Part shown: piece after piece, positions 49,566 to 62,904 of the stretch
Layout of the letters: every line of letters begins with the position of its first letter
Numbering within the stretch: position 1 is the stretch's first letter
Source: Chiloscyllium plagiosum
Lineage: Eukaryota
Assembly (NCBI RefSeq): GCF_004010195.1
Contig: NC_057712.1
Coordinates: 81,428,696 to 81,492,695, forward strand
DNA length: 64,000 nt
Direction: 5' to 3'
The notes under the pieces: generated by a model
What the model saw: only the letters and a program-made list of their open reading frames with translations
The model's database searches: none
What the model was told of the DNA's origin: nothing
Program-made: the position numbers and the translations under genes

Positions 49566-50113
49566 ATCCTTCCATAACTTTAATCTTCATCCCAGTGGTA
49601 CTTTAATTTTTGTGATTATGACTGCTTGCTTTTACCTGTATTTTTGTGTGCAGATGTCATCTAGATCAAACCCGAAGTGTGGCCCGTTCCTGATCAGATC
49701 AGTACCATCATGAGGAAACAATGAACACAAAGAATCAGTTCTCGCACCCGTTAAGTATTATTGGGGTGTATTATTTCTCATTCTAGAGTAATGTGCAGAA
49801 ACTACACTAGATGGCACCCCAGCCATTGCAAGTCACCTGCAACAGCCCCCGTTTGTTCATACATTGTAACAGAGAACTCAGTTGCCATTGCTAAAGCAGT
49901 TTATTCCTACCTTCTAGAAACTAGATTTGCTGCAGGGCTTATTTTCTTTTATCTCACATTCTGAGAGTCTCTGCTTTGTTCAGGTGTAGAGAAAGTAAAA
50001 TTCTAAAACCAATTATTAAAATACTCAGTTGAATAAAGTAACAAATTACGTTGAGGAAGGACACTTCTCCATCTGTTTCACGTGAGATGTAGCTCCAGGA
50101 TAGGAGAAATTTA

Positions 50114-50314
50114 CAGGCAGTTCCCGGGTTGTGAACGGGTTCCATTCTGGAGTCCGTTCTTAGATCAATTTGTACGCAAGTTGGAACATCATGCAGAACA
50201 GTGTAAAACAGCTGTTCGTAAGTACAGGAAATGTTCATTTGTCAGATCATAAAAATTAAACCCCTATGGGGATCACGTTTTAAATTATTAGTGTTAATAA
50301 GTCAGGGACTCCTG
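50114..50314. mobile_element. Degenerate Tigger/pogo-like MITE (~200 bp)
   Basis: Left TA|CAGGCAGTTCCCGGGTTGTGAAC versus right GTTAATAAGTCAGGGACTCCTG (imperfect TIR). The right TA is not preserved. Confidence 0.55.
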
Positions 50315-51852
50315 TTTATCCCTTAAAACCATTTTATTACGAAAAGTATTGAGAGCACAGTAGTGAAATGTACTACGTTTTAACTATCCTTCTATTTAAT
50401 AAGACTAGATTGAACACATCTTACAATTCCTTTGCTTAGCCTTCAGTAAAGTATTTCTTAAGTGCAACTACCATATTACGACTTTTAGGACTGAAATCTA
50501 TTTATTTCATCTCCAATTTCAGCTCATAAAGTCCTGTATGCAATTAGATGAAAATGCAAACATTTATATGAATGAAATCTGTTTTAAAAGTTTATAAATA
50601 TGAAATATTATTTCAGATTCATTTCAATAACATTAATAAGGTTAATAATTATTAACTGACCAATTTCAGCTTCATTTGGAAGGACCAAAAGTACAATATT
50701 GCTTGGCAAATGCACAAAATGTATGTTAGCAGATTTGCATGTTTTGCACTCCATTGTAGGCTGTCTGAAGGGCAATCAAACAACTGTTGTCATATTGCAG
50801 TCCCCTTACAAAGATGAATTTCAGCCGCATTGTCTACTGGTGTAATGGAGTTCAGAAAAGCATCAAATTGCTTAACATGTAGCATATGAATTTGTCCTTT
50901 ATTGGACAGCAAGCTACAACTCTTCTGTATAAAAGCAGACAACCCAACAGAGTAGGGATAATTCAATGATCTGCCTTGCCTAATGTTGAGTGGCGTTCAC
51001 AAGCTACACGAGTTCTCAGGCAATTGTGGGTACACAGCCACAGTTCTCCATCAGGTTGAAGTAATAGATAATCACTCTGGCAATTTTCCAAGGATACTCC
51101 CTGTTAATGTCGCTCATGCTACGAAAACTAAATCCAAGAATTCTCCGTACACAGTGAAGACGAATGTTTGATTTTCACTAAGTGGAGTAAAATTCCCTTC
51201 AATTTGAAATCAGTTTGGATGACAATCTTAGGAATAAAAATCCTCTGGAAACTTTTGCATGCAAGCCTACATGGTCTTAATGCAAAATTTGGGAAGTAGT
51301 GTTTTTTCTTTTTGTTTTGTTTCAAGTATTTAAGTCTTTATCATTTAAGAAGTAGTTCTATGTCTCCATGAGCTAATTTATGCACGCTCTTTTTGCCAAA
51401 ACTCAAGCAAGAGTTGATTGCTAGTCTGGTAACATTCATCTGCTATATGTTACTACTGTTGCAAATGATATGCATTTAACGGCTGCTATCAACTGCACAA
51501 AAACGCATTTGCAGCAAACGGAGTGATCGTATGACTATGGCAAGTTAACTAGTCACAAAGGGTGCAATTACATTTCTCCAAATACCTTTTTTTAAAAAAA
51601 AACATGCATGCACGACCGTTGATGCCAGTTAATCAGTACACATGGTCGCAAAGAAAATTATAATTCATGAACAAAATAACCTGTTAACTCTCTAGTTAGT
51701 TTCATTTTTGTTAGTCTCTGTTCATGTACTGTATTCATAATATTTAAGTTGTGCAGGCCTCCTAATGGTATTAAAATTGTCTTTAGCTGTTGCTCGAGAA
51801 TCAGCTTGTTCCTAAGGTGATGTTACTTCTGCAGGAATGTCCTTCCTGTGCT

Positions 51853-51866
51853 GTTGCTATGGTAAC
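51853..51866. promoter_or_regulatory. RFX X-box motif
   Basis: GTTGCTATGGTAAC matches GTTRCYATRGYAAC, with a second half-site (CATGGCAAC) about 20 bp downstream, in a repeat-poor stretch. Confidence 0.45.
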
Positions 51867-52063
51867 TGATCTATTTCCTTTGCATGGCAACTGTGGACCT
51901 ATGGAACTGACAGCACTGAATTGGTAACCTGACTGGCTTACCAATACTCAGTCCTGGCAAGTACTTGACAGTTATATCAAAATGAAGCTTAGCTTTCTAT
52001 TATTTCACCTTGATTTTGTTAACTCTGTTCTGTGACTGTTTCTGGCCTTAGGTTTTTCTATTA

Positions 52064-52767
52064 CAGAGGAACCTCAATTATCCGAATATCAAATATCTGA
52101 ATTTCAGGTTATCCGAAGGAGATCTCAAGGTCCAAGTAGAAACATTATGTCAAAGTGCTGTTTCAACCCTGATTGTGTTTTTTGTTTACAGGCAAAATGA
52201 TTAAAAACAGACTCAGCTCACTGAAATGCTGCTGAGAACAGTCCTGGACAGTCCAGGCACCGTCTCTAAATGACTGACCTCCCACCCTCTCTCTCACCAC
52301 ATTTTCCCTGGAGTTCTAGATAGGTGTGTACCCTGAACCCCACCCCCCCCCCCCTTCCCCAGATAATCTCTGCAACATTGTCCTGTACAGGGTAGAGGTG
52401 GAATCTGTCAAAATGTTGCAGTAAAAAGGTGTCTGACTATGTGTGTGTGTGCTGTTTGGAGACTCACTCCACAAAGGCAGCAGCAGTCTTACTGTTGATA
52501 TATAGTCCAGCTGCCCCGGGGTGGGGTGTCGGCCAGGGATGCAGATGGCGGTCGGATGGGGGTTGGGGGCGGCAAGGGGCATCAGGGTGGGGGTGGATGG
52601 GGTTAGGGGGTGGGGTCTTGCAAGCAGTGTGGTTTTGCCTAGTCTCCTGAATGGGGAGCAGACATACCAGAAAACTCCGAGCCCCAGGGGAAATCAATTA
52701 ACTGAATAATCAATTATCGGAACGAAATACTGCCTGCCACTTCATTCAGATAATCGAGTTTCCTCTG
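52064..52767. mobile_element. Non-autonomous Tc1/mariner (Tigger/pogo-like) DNA transposon, 704 bp
   Basis: TA TSD at 52062-52063 and 52768-52769; 23-bp TIR CAGAGGAACCTCAATTATCCGAA / TTCAGATAATCGAGTTTCCTCTG (3 mismatches); subterminal TTATCCGAA-like repeats; no transposase. Confidence 0.9.
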
Positions 52768-52774
52768 TATTGAC

Positions 52775-53700
52775 AGAGTATTTGGGTGCCGCATGGTATT
52801 AGTTTTTGTACTGCATTACTTTCCAGGCCTTCAATAGGTGCATTTGTACTTGATTTCTTTGATCCTTTTGGTGATTTTAATTGCTACTCCAGCCTTTCCA
52901 TTTGAGTGGAGATAGTGTAGAAAAGATATATGATGTTGAATTTCTCAGTCAATTACAAAACATATACATTTTTCACTCATGAAGTTTGAGCCATTGTTGC
53001 ACATCACATTATCTGAAATGCCAGAAAAAAAAATACATGGCTTTCAGGCATTCTACAATCTCACTTAGATCTTACGTAGATGTCAGTTGGTCTGATTCAT
53101 AGGAATAAGAATAACAATCAACAATGACAAGATAATCAGTTGCTGCAAGACTGAAGAGGTCCACTCCAAGTTTCACCCATAGTGTGTCTCTGATGTCAAA
53201 TGTCCTAACTCTCTTTTTAGTTTGCTCAGCATTATGTATATTACAAATATTGTACTTCCTCATGCTGATGTTTGGCAGCAGGGCACCTCCCTTGCTTTCC
53301 TCAGCCTAGAATCAATGCTGTTGTCTTGTGTGGATGCATCGTTTTTTTTCATCTCCTTGGGGGTAATGATTTATCTGTTTCATTTTATTGGAACAAGATG
53401 CCATCTCAGGGTATCATATCATCTCTGTGTGCCCAATATTGTCTTATAACAACATTTGTGTCCTTGATGCTTTTAATCCATCCTTTTCTCACCACTTCCT
53501 GCATCAATTGGAAAGCCGCTTTTTGTTGTGTATTTTGCTCAATTTGAAGATAATAATTTTTCAGATTCAATGCCTCTGTTATGTTGGTGACTTCTAGTAC
53601 ATGTTATGCTGTTGGTTATCATTGAATCTGAATGAGTTCACACTCTCTTATATTCCTCAACTTTCTTTGTAGGGAGTGCTGCTGTCAATAACATCTGTTT
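52775..53700 (-). mobile_element. Old Ty3/Gypsy integrase remnant
   Basis: WVKLGVDLFSLAATDYLVIVDCYSYSYESDQLTST, then GISDNVMCNNGSNFMSE and HYLHSNGKAGVAIK, matching the integrase core GIP..SDNG..F and PQSNG.AE motifs. Confidence 0.8.
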
Positions 53701-53782
53701 CTTTCGCATGTCATGTCAAGATAATATCTTTACAAATGAAGTAATGTTTATTGCAGCAGATAGAAACAGTTTGCAGAAGACT

Positions 53783-54930
53783 AAAAGACGGAGTGAAAGT
53801 ACGGCCATTCAGCCCATCGAGTTCACTCTGCCATTCAATCATTGCTGATGGGCATTTCAGCACCACTTACCCGCACCCCCCCCGTATCCCTTAATTCCTT
53901 GCGAGATTAAAAATTTATTGATCTTTGCCTTGAAGACATTTAACGTGCCAGCCTCCACTACGCTTTGTGGCAATGAATTCCACAGGCCCACCACTCTCTG
54001 GCTGAAGAAATGTATTCCCATTTTAAATTGATCCCCTCTAATTGTAAGGCTGTGCCCATGGATCCTAGTCTCCCCACCTAACGGAAACAAATTCCCAGCA
54101 TCCACCCTTTCTAAACCTTGCATTATCTTGTAAGTTTCTGTTAGATTTCTCCTCAACCTTCTAAACTCTAATGAATATAATCCCAGGATCCTCAGCCATT
54201 CATCGTATATTAGGCCTTCCATTACAGGGATCATCCGTGTGAATCTTCGCTGGACAGAATGTCCTTCCTGAGTTGTGGGACCCAAAACTGGACACAGTAT
54301 TCTAAATGGGGCCTAACCAGAGCTTTATAAAGTCTGAGTAGCACATCACTGCTTTTACATTCCAACCCTCTTGAGATAAATGACAAGATTACATTTGCTT
54401 TCTTAGCCACGGACTCAATCTGCAAGTCAACCTTTAGAGAATCCTGGACTAGCACTCCCAGATCCCTTTGTACTTTGGCTTTCTGAATTTTCTCACAGTT
54501 TAGAAAATAATCCATGCCTGTATTCATTTTCCCAAAGTGCAAGACCTTGCATTTGCTCACATTGAATTTCATCAGCCATTTCTTGGACCACTCTCCCAAA
54601 CTGTCTAAATCTTTCTGCAGTCTCCCCAACTCCTCAGAACTACCTGCCTGAACGCCTAACTTTGTATCAGAGATAAACATTGCTAGAATGCCCCCAGTCC
54701 CTTCATCCAGATCATTGATATATAAAGTGAACAGCTGCAGCCAACACTGAATCCTACGGGACACCACTTGTCACTAGTTGCCATTCTGAAAAAGAACCTC
54801 TTATCCCAACTCTCTGCCTTCTGTCAGACAGCCAATCCTCAATCCATGCCAGTAGCTCACCTCAAACATCATGGACCCTCATCTTATTTAGCAGCCTCCT
54901 GTGAGGCACCTTATCAAAGGCCTTTTGATA
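53783..54930 (-). mobile_element. CR1 LINE (RT C-terminal half and 3' UTR), relatively young
   Basis: ORFs 54231-54767 and 53857-54285: LFTLYINDLDEG...DTKLG...LQKDLDSLGEWSKKWLMKFNVSKCKVLHFG...LYKALVRPHLEYCVQFW; VQRRFTRMIP...LGLYSLEFRRLR. Confidence 0.95.
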
Positions 54931-55150
54931 AGGCCTGATAAGATACTTTGTCATGGGGCTTGTGGTCACACTCCACTGTCACTTTCTCTCTTGCGATATA
55001 GGTTTAGATTAGCATATTCACAAGCAATGAAAATAACCGGACACTCATTCAATCTAAATGTTGCAATGTTCCATTTGCACTGGTACATAAATGTTGCTCC
55101 AAGTCCTATGTAATTGACAGCACAGGCAAGGTAACTTCATTATTGACACT

Positions 55151-55367
55151 GTAAAAGTGAAGTTGCCATTGTCCCAGAAGGCCTTAAGACTGCTCTTTCA
55201 TTAGAGAAAGAATGACTGGTGGTATTTTAACATTAGCATTGCCATGCTTCAGGCAAGGGGAAAGATTGAAAGAGAGAGTCCTTCATGCTAGCCTGCTCTG
55301 GTGCAGGAATTGAGCCCATGTTTATGTCAATCTACATTGCAAACCAGTGTCCAGCCAACTGAGCTAA
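55151..55367 (-). mobile_element. tRNA-derived SINE (second family)
   Basis: Minus strand TAGCTCAGTTGG (A box) and GGGCTCAATTCC (B-box-like), then a ~150-bp body ending GGCAACTTCACTTTTAC. Confidence 0.7.
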
Positions 55368-55429
55368 TTGATATTGTAGCACCTCAGCACTAGCCTTATT
55401 GTAGCAAATGCACTATTGATGATCATGGT

Positions 55430-56170
55430 TGCAGTTTTGCTGGGGTGCAACTGATCCAGCTTGCTGAAGATGCACCAATGCAAGTTGGAGAGTTTGCAGC
55501 CCAACAGACTGGGGCCAATATCCTCACAGGAGCATTTACTAGTAAGTTTGTGGAGAGAGTAAATTAGAGCGGCAAGGGATGAGAGCCTGAGTGGAGAGCC
55601 ACAGTAGAGGGAAACAAAGAAAGAAATGGAAGATGGAAAAGTAGCAAGCAAAGGTGAAAGGCAGGGGGAATCAGGGTTAGCAGAAAATTGGGCTAAAGTA
55701 CATAAAAAATGTGTAAACGTAAAAAAAACATAAATCTTAAGGTACTTTATCTTAAAGCATGCAGCATTTGCAATAAGGTAGTCAAAATATCAGTGGAAGT
55801 ATTTGTAAGCAGGTATCATACAATTTCAATTAGAGAAATCAGAAGGAGAAAGCAGAGAAACGGTCTGCCTAGCCTAATGTCAGTAGGAGGGAGAACACTG
55901 TGTTAAAATGAGTGTGATAACAGGATACATAAGTATCAAGAAAGTCATCATGTATTAATGAAAGGGAAATCATGTTTGACAATCATACACTTTTGTTTGA
56001 AGATGTAAATAGAATAGATGAGGGAGGATCCATGAGTGAGGTGCCTTTGAATTTTCAGAATGCTTTGATAAAGTCTTACATAATAGGTTAGTAAACAAAA
56101 TTAAAGCACAAGGGACTGGAGGTAACATACTGGCATGGATTGAACATTGATTAGCAGACTGGAAAGAGAG
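55430..56170 (+). mobile_element. Heavily deleted CR1 LINE (ORF1 esterase end, ORF2 start, RT piece)
   Basis: KLESLQPNR.GANILTGAFTS (SGNH DGLH region), LKVLYLKACSICNKV (ORF2 start), MKGKSCLT and FDKVLHNRLVNKIKAQGTGGNILAWIEH. Confidence 0.75.
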
Positions 56171-56177
56171 CTAGCAG

Positions 56178-56275
56178 GTTCTGTCGAAGAGTCTTACTGG
56201 ACTCAATGTTAATGCTGTTTCTTTCTTCATAGATGCTGCCAGATCTGTTAAGTTTCTCCAGCATTTTGTGTTTGT
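56178..56275 (+). mobile_element. Old Penelope-like pLTR remnant
   Basis: GTTCTGTCGAAGAGTCTTACTGGACTCAATGTTAA...AGATGCTGCCAGATCTGTTAAGTTTCTCCAGCATTTTGTGTTT. The stem II GAGTC/GACTC is still visible. Confidence 0.6.
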
Positions 56276-56277
56276 AA

Positions 56278-56690
56278 CCATCACTCTGTTTCCTATGCCT
56301 CAGCCAATTTTTTTATTCACATTGTTTATGTTTTTTGTTATCTCATGATCTTTAAATTTCCTCAAGTTTGTTGTGAGTCAGTGTATCCAACGGCTTTTGA
56401 TGTGCCCTTCTCCCTGTAATGGCTGTTACCTCTATAAAAAACTTCAGTAAGTAAACACAATTAATCCTTTACAAAACCCACGCTGACTCTTCTGAAACAA
56501 CCCACAACTTTCCAAGTGATGACTAATTCTATCACAAAAAATTGCTTCTGGATGTATCCCCACCTCCAGAGTGAAACGGATTGATCTGTATTTGCTATCT
56601 TTACAACCTTTTTTAAATAAGGCAATGTTTGTAATTCTCTGGTAGCACCCCAAATTCAGGCAAGATTGAAAGATACAAGTAAAGGTCATG
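56278..56690 (-). mobile_element. Degenerate CR1 RT fragment
   Basis: ITNIALFKKGCKDSKYRSIRFTLEVG...DRISHHLESCGLFQKSQRGF. Confidence 0.75.
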
Positions 56691-58619
56691 TACTTACCCC
56701 TTCTAATTATCTCAGTCTCTGGTTTACAGTCTGTGTTCTACCACAAGGCAGGGCAATTAATTCATTTTTTGGATAGTTTCAAGTTGAAATAAAGGTCTTG
56801 TAAAGTAAGCTGTTCACAGCAGATTGTGAGAGTTCTCATAGTTGGATTACCAGGAGGTTGGTTCTCAGGGCAAATTGAAGTTGGAACAGATTGATGTGTC
56901 CTTCTCTCTGTTGAAATCTCCTACTGGCACATTGTTGTTGTTATTTATCTTGGCTACATATTGACTTTTAGCTAGTTTGTGTTCTGACATTTTGATCACA
57001 GGATTGATGGTTCCATCACAAAGCAAGTAAACAAATGACAAACAATTTGTAGCTATTTCTTTTAAATCAGAGCAAGAAAGTACGGCTGTGTCATTTGGTT
57101 AATTATTTCTAAGTTCAACTTCTGTTCCAAAAAACGGCATGTTGATGTTGAGTCCAACATGTGGTGTTGTATGTTAACAGTTTTGAGGATTTGAGACAAT
57201 AAATATTTTTGTTCTTTGATGATAGCCCTTTCGTTTCAAGGAAGAGTCTTCATGCACATCAATCTAGCAAGTTCTTTTGCATTGGTTAATTCCTAAAAGA
57301 AGAAATGTGTGAATTTCCTGGATGGTTATGAGTGCCCATAATTAATTAATTAGAGATTTCATACTGTTTGTAGCTGAAAGGCCAAGAATTGTACATGATT
57401 TGTAGCAGCCATTTAAGTAGGGTGCTGCTGTCCAATGTTTAAAAGTATTGTTTGAAATTGCATAAAGTGATGTATTTATACTTGGCATGCCCGTTGGTAA
57501 AGCAAAGTTGTTGCATGCAATAAGTAACAAATATTTGAAAGATCCTATGGAGATTATAAAGTGTCTTCTTACCTTCATTGTTACAAGCATCTAGGCCATT
57601 GGTTTGATGAGGAATGATAATCCTTATATTGACATTGTGCATTTTATTTGTGAATGGCAAAGTGATGGCCCAGCAATGGCTGTAACAGAAGCTCACTACC
57701 TTCCAGCAAGTGACCTAACAATAATCCTTTCACTTCAAATAATGGTAGCTTTGATTACATTAAAATGAAGCTGCTATGTAAGTTCATCCTACATCATCTC
57801 ATGCTGGTGATAACATTCTGCCTTTACTTTAATAATTTCCATTTTTTTTTATTATGCACAGAGGCTCAAATAGCAGTGGCCTTTTATGGTCTGGGCACTT
57901 ACATAAACATTCTAATTGGGTAGATATCTGGGAAACCTGCTGCCTCTCAACCAATCCTAACCTAATCAGTATTCTACCCCCAATAAGTTTCCATGATTAA
58001 CTCGCTCAATAAACTGCTGGCAAAATGTAGGATTACCTACAATTGGATATTGTTTTCTAAGGGATTGAAGATATGAAATATTTGATATGGAGTTGTTGAT
58101 AGTTGGAAACTGGGTCGTGTTTGAGTTTGGAAAGAGGTGAGCAGGAGATTACCACCTACACCAGCACTTCTTATTTTAAAAATGAACTTGCTTCCCATGC
58201 TGCTGAAAGTATATTTTCTTGAAGTTCAATCTGTCCTATCACTGACTGGTGTGCAGCTGTTAAAAAAAATGACTGGAAGCGAACCTACCAAGTGAATCAC
58301 CTTCCCATTGAAACAGAAAACAAGCTTCTTAAAGCCATAGATAAATGAGTGGAAATAGACTGCTAAATCTCTCAGATTTGCAGTTCCTCCAAACTACTTA
58401 GAATGAAACGGCCATTCACCTTTCCTGGGCCCTGAGACACAGTAATAGCACAAATGCCTGCCTCTGAAATGCAAATGACATAGACCCAGAACTAGGGCAG
58501 ATGAATACATTAAAAAGCTGAATGGAGCTACCAGAATATATGGTGACTCCATGCACTCTTTTCTGCAGCACAGAGAAATGTGGCACCTAGTCCTGATATT
58601 GTTTACCTATTTGGAGTTG

Positions 58620-58715
58620 AACATTAACTTGCTATGATCTGCCTGTATTGCTTGTAAAGCAAAGCTTTCACTGTACTTAGGTACACGTGACTACAATAAA
58701 TCAAATCAATAATAA
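58620..58715 (+). mobile_element. Non-LTR retrotransposon 3' tail (L2 or Rex/Babar-like)
   Basis: GCTTTCACTGTACTTAGGTACACGTGACTACAATAAATCAAATCAA; a similar tail lies at ~60990-61070 (CTGTACTTGAGTACATGTTACAATAAAC plus AATTCT repeats). Confidence 0.5.
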
Positions 58716-60220
58716 TAATGTATCAATACAACCACAATGAATCTTTGGACATAAACATTGTGATAGCTCCCCTAAAATCAGATTGACAAATAAATATTCA
58801 GAGCAATGACTGGCATTGCTATTAGCACTACAATATTCATATTTAGTTTAGCCTGTCAGTCGTTGTTCTGCAGATGATAATAATGCTCATGGACAGCGAT
58901 CTTTTACTGTCGATTCTTGAGGCGTTCCTCCAGTTATCTGCTTGCAACAGTTTACCCAGCACGTGAAACACTGATGTGATTTATCTGAATGCTGTCAGTA
59001 CTATCTAACTCAATGGCCTGCCCTCTACTGTTCTTGCATTTTGAGTTTAGCTTACCACACAGTGAAAGTACCTTGTCACTAATCTTGCACACGTGCCATA
59101 TCTACAGCAAAGCAATCTTCAGCCACTGACTATTATGAATTGATATTCTGATTATGCTGCACAAGCGAAGAAAGAGCACTGCTCATTTTTAGCAATTTTG
59201 TCACTTGAGTCAGAGCTTGGGGGTTTAACTTCCATTCCAGAATTTGTGTATGTTAACCAGGCTGAACTCCAGTATGCTACGGATGGAACACTGTTCTGTA
59301 AATGACACGTTAAATGAAGGAACTGGCTGCATATGCAAAGTGGATGCTAATGGTACCATAACACTGTTTGAGGAAGATCAGAGTCCTCTTGAGGTTCCAT
59401 GCTATTCAACATTCATGAAACCAAAAAATAATAAAGGTATGTGCAATAAAAATATTGCTGGGAGCAATTTTCAAGATATTTCTTTTTTCCCTTTGTTTGA
59501 ACCTCAGTAATAACAAACAGTGGATGTTTGCTCTCGACCATTTGAATATTGATATGGTATGACCATGTGAGGGGACTTCAGAACGCAGTTTCTTTCATTG
59601 CATTTTGTGTGAATATCAACTACCACAAGCAAAACGTTGCAGGCTGGAGAAGGTGAGAGAGAGTCTAAAGTGAACTCCTCAATTTGATCTTCTCTTCAAG
59701 GTGAAATTTTAATGCTGCCAAAAAGATTTGATCCAGCATTATATTTACTGCAGCTGATGATCCTGATGCTAATGGTATCAGGTGCTCCAGAATACTACAG
59801 ATTTCAGCTGCTGCCTGATCAACTCGTTTGGCTCTTGTCTTATTGTATCTGTGAAAAAATAATCATTGAAAAGATCTGCTGCCAAAATGTGCCTACTTAT
59901 AATTCTGAAAAGCTTTACTTCCTGTAGAATTGACAGGGTAGTGAAAATGCATTGCTTTGTGCATGCTGTTCCAGTTGTCAAGTTATGTAATCAATGAACC
60001 TTTGTCTTCTGAGGGCAACCTATTAAGGCTGATTGTGGTGAGTTATAAGAATTTTATTTTGTAAATCATCAACATGTATTACAACAGTTACTATTTATCA
60101 TTAAGTTGAAAAGGGTGACTGTTGACTTTGGAAACAGTTGGGATTTGCTCCTGCCATTCTATATAAATCACGTTTATCTGGATTGTAACCTCTCAATACA
60201 AAACTTTGTACTGACTAAGT

Positions 60221-61260
60221 AGAATCAGAGTCTTACAGCACAGAAAGAAGCCATTTGGCCCATCGTGTCTGTACCAGCTCTTGAAGTAAACATCGCTACT
60301 TAGTGCCAATCTCCTGCTTTTTCCTCATACCCTTGCACAGTTTTTGGATCTAAACCATTGCCTGAAGCCCTTATGAATACATAATTGAATCTTCCTCCAC
60401 CACATTTCCAGGCAGCGCACTTCAGACTGTAACTACTCGCTGAGAGAAAAGCTTTTGTTATAACATCCTTGCTATTTTTGCAAATCACTCCAACGAAGAT
60501 TGCATTAGGAAACAGTAACTTTTTTGTTTAAAAAAGTCATAATTTTATTAACGACTGTTGGACTGAATGTTATCTATGCCTTAACTAGCTATTAACCTGT
60601 TGTGTTGCCTTCAAGATTCTATGAACAAGCACCCCAAAATCCTAAAGTCCTGCCTTTCATTGAGTACTCCCTGGTCTTGTTACCTTTTCTAATGTGCATC
60701 ACCTCACACTTATCAGAATTAAATTCCATCTGCCGTTGATCTGCCTTTCTGACCAATCTGTTCATATCCTCCTGTAACCTCAGAATTCTTCCTCACTGTC
60801 AACCACCCGGCCTACCTTCATGTCATCCTCAAGATTACTTAGGAGGCATGGAGGTGAAGCCCAGCTCAGACTACCTGCTTCAGAAGGACTGTAATGCTGA
60901 ATATTACTTTTGTTTTCTCATTTTTCTAATTTATACCTTAGACTTCTTTTCTAGGTATCTTTGTATCGCAGATGGCATCTGAGACGGCAACATTGTACAC
61001 TTTTTGCTGTACCCATTTCTCCCTGTACTTGAGTACATGTTACAATAAACATAATTCTAATTTTAATTCTAAATTGTACATCCCAGGTGAGGTCTAACAA
61101 ATGTCTTATCCGAATTCAACGTCAGCCCCTTGCTCTTCTACATTGTTTTTATTGGTAAAGCAGAGGATATTTCATGCTTCACTGACAGCTGTCTGCATAA
61201 GTCCTGTCACCTTCGGTGGTCTGTACATATCTAAAACCAGATCCCTCTGGTCCTCGACTC
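60221..61260 (-). mobile_element. Cluster of old CR1 fragments with an intervening non-LTR tail
   Basis: Tail TTACAGCACAGAAAGAAGCCATTTGGCCCATCG; reverse of LQEDMNRLVRKADQRQMEFNSDKCEVMH (60690-60780); reverse of FVRPHLGC (~61080-61100). Confidence 0.65.
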
Positions 61261-62904
61261 CTTGATTGGTTTACCCCATATTTTGTATTATCAATGTTCT
61301 TCCTATCTACTCTGTGTAGTTTAAACCCAGCTATATTTCACAACTGTCAAAATAAACATATCCGATCCCATTGCTTTCTGTTTGTGAAATATGGGAGGTT
61401 TTTATCTCTGCTATGTTCCTGTATAAATACATACCTATAATCATGTTAAATCTAAGGTACCATATTGTGTTTTCTCAAGATGAAGGTACATGTATTACAA
61501 CTTAGTGTTGGAAAATATCATGTCAAGTACACTATTTTGAGAGCAATTCTTAATATTATGTACAGATGTAAATTGCTCAGCTTAACTTGATTGGTGGAGC
61601 CAAACTTAATCAGATCACTTTGAGCTTTATATATATATGAAAGTTGTATTACTGTGCACAAATATTGCTTTGAATCCATTGATAACCTAAAATGGTTATG
61701 ATAGATGTACAGCCTTTGTTCTTGTTTGTTTAAAAGAGGCTGAACTTCTCCAAGTCTGCAATCATTTTCAAACTGGCAGAAATGGGATGGGACAGGATAG
61801 AGAATGAATTGTAATGTAAGGTGTGACAGCCATTGATTCTGGGTTCCATATTATGCTAAGTGGTGGTGCAGGAGAACCGCTTTCACTTTTGAATTTAAAA
61901 AAATGCGCAGTTAGTGTTTCTATTGTTCTTTCTTCCTATTCACTTAATCTGAATTGTGGTTTATAATTTAAGACATGGTTTGAAAGAGATGAGTTCTGAT
62001 GTGTATTGAAGTCAAAAAAATCATATCTGCGCACCTGATCTATCCAAAAGTGACAACAGTTCTTGTTTGAGCCCAGATTTACTACATTTACCTAGTTATT
62101 AGGCCAGTCCTAGGTTATAGAGAGAGTAGGATTTACTTTGAAGGTGACCTAGAATGGCGAACTAGAGGAAAATCTAAAAGGAACAACATTCCAAGTTTAT
62201 GTTGGCAATCACTTTCCAACATGCATGATAGAAAATAATCCCCTTAATATAAGAAAATCTAAAATGCAGTTAGTAAGAGTCTAATGATGGGACACGTTTG
62301 TAATAATGGTTGACAGTAATTAACCATAAACTACAACTGTTTGTTTGTAAGTGGGTGGTCAGATTTTGGCTTTTTATCCATATATATGATGGTGGTCAAT
62401 TGTTCATCGCCAGGTATTGAGCTATGCCCATGTTACGATTACTAAATGTTGCTCTTGGTTATCTGGTATTAACCATTGAGCACAACAATTGCCCTACCTT
62501 AGCTAATATCTTACATAGCCTGTGTTTCAACCACAACATCTGGTCCATAGAGTTAATCATCAATAGAATACAATACAATTGTGATGGGGTTATTTTCACA
62601 ATTTTGACTCTGTATGTCTTGCTATGCCAGCACACAGCTACAAAGAAAGTATCTCTGAGCATCTGCAACAATTTATTTTGGAATGGATTTTATACATTTA
62701 TTAATAAATTTACAATTGTTTAATGGAAATGGCTTATGGGTTTGAGCACTCACATTTTTTAAAAAGCCTCAAGTGAATTACACTCTCTTACAAGTACCAA
62801 ACAAGTTTTCCTTGATTTATCTTTTGTTCTCTTTGGTCATGTAGCTTTTGTGACTTGAGTTTGCCTTGCATAATTTGAATTGGAAAAATGATTTTTTTTT
62901 GTGG

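Noticed and set aside
59712-59927. Small hydrophobic ORF (also 15356-15637, 32259-32615, 62424-62723)
   Set aside because: No recognisable domain or exon structure; lengths are typical of chance ORFs in AT-rich DNA.
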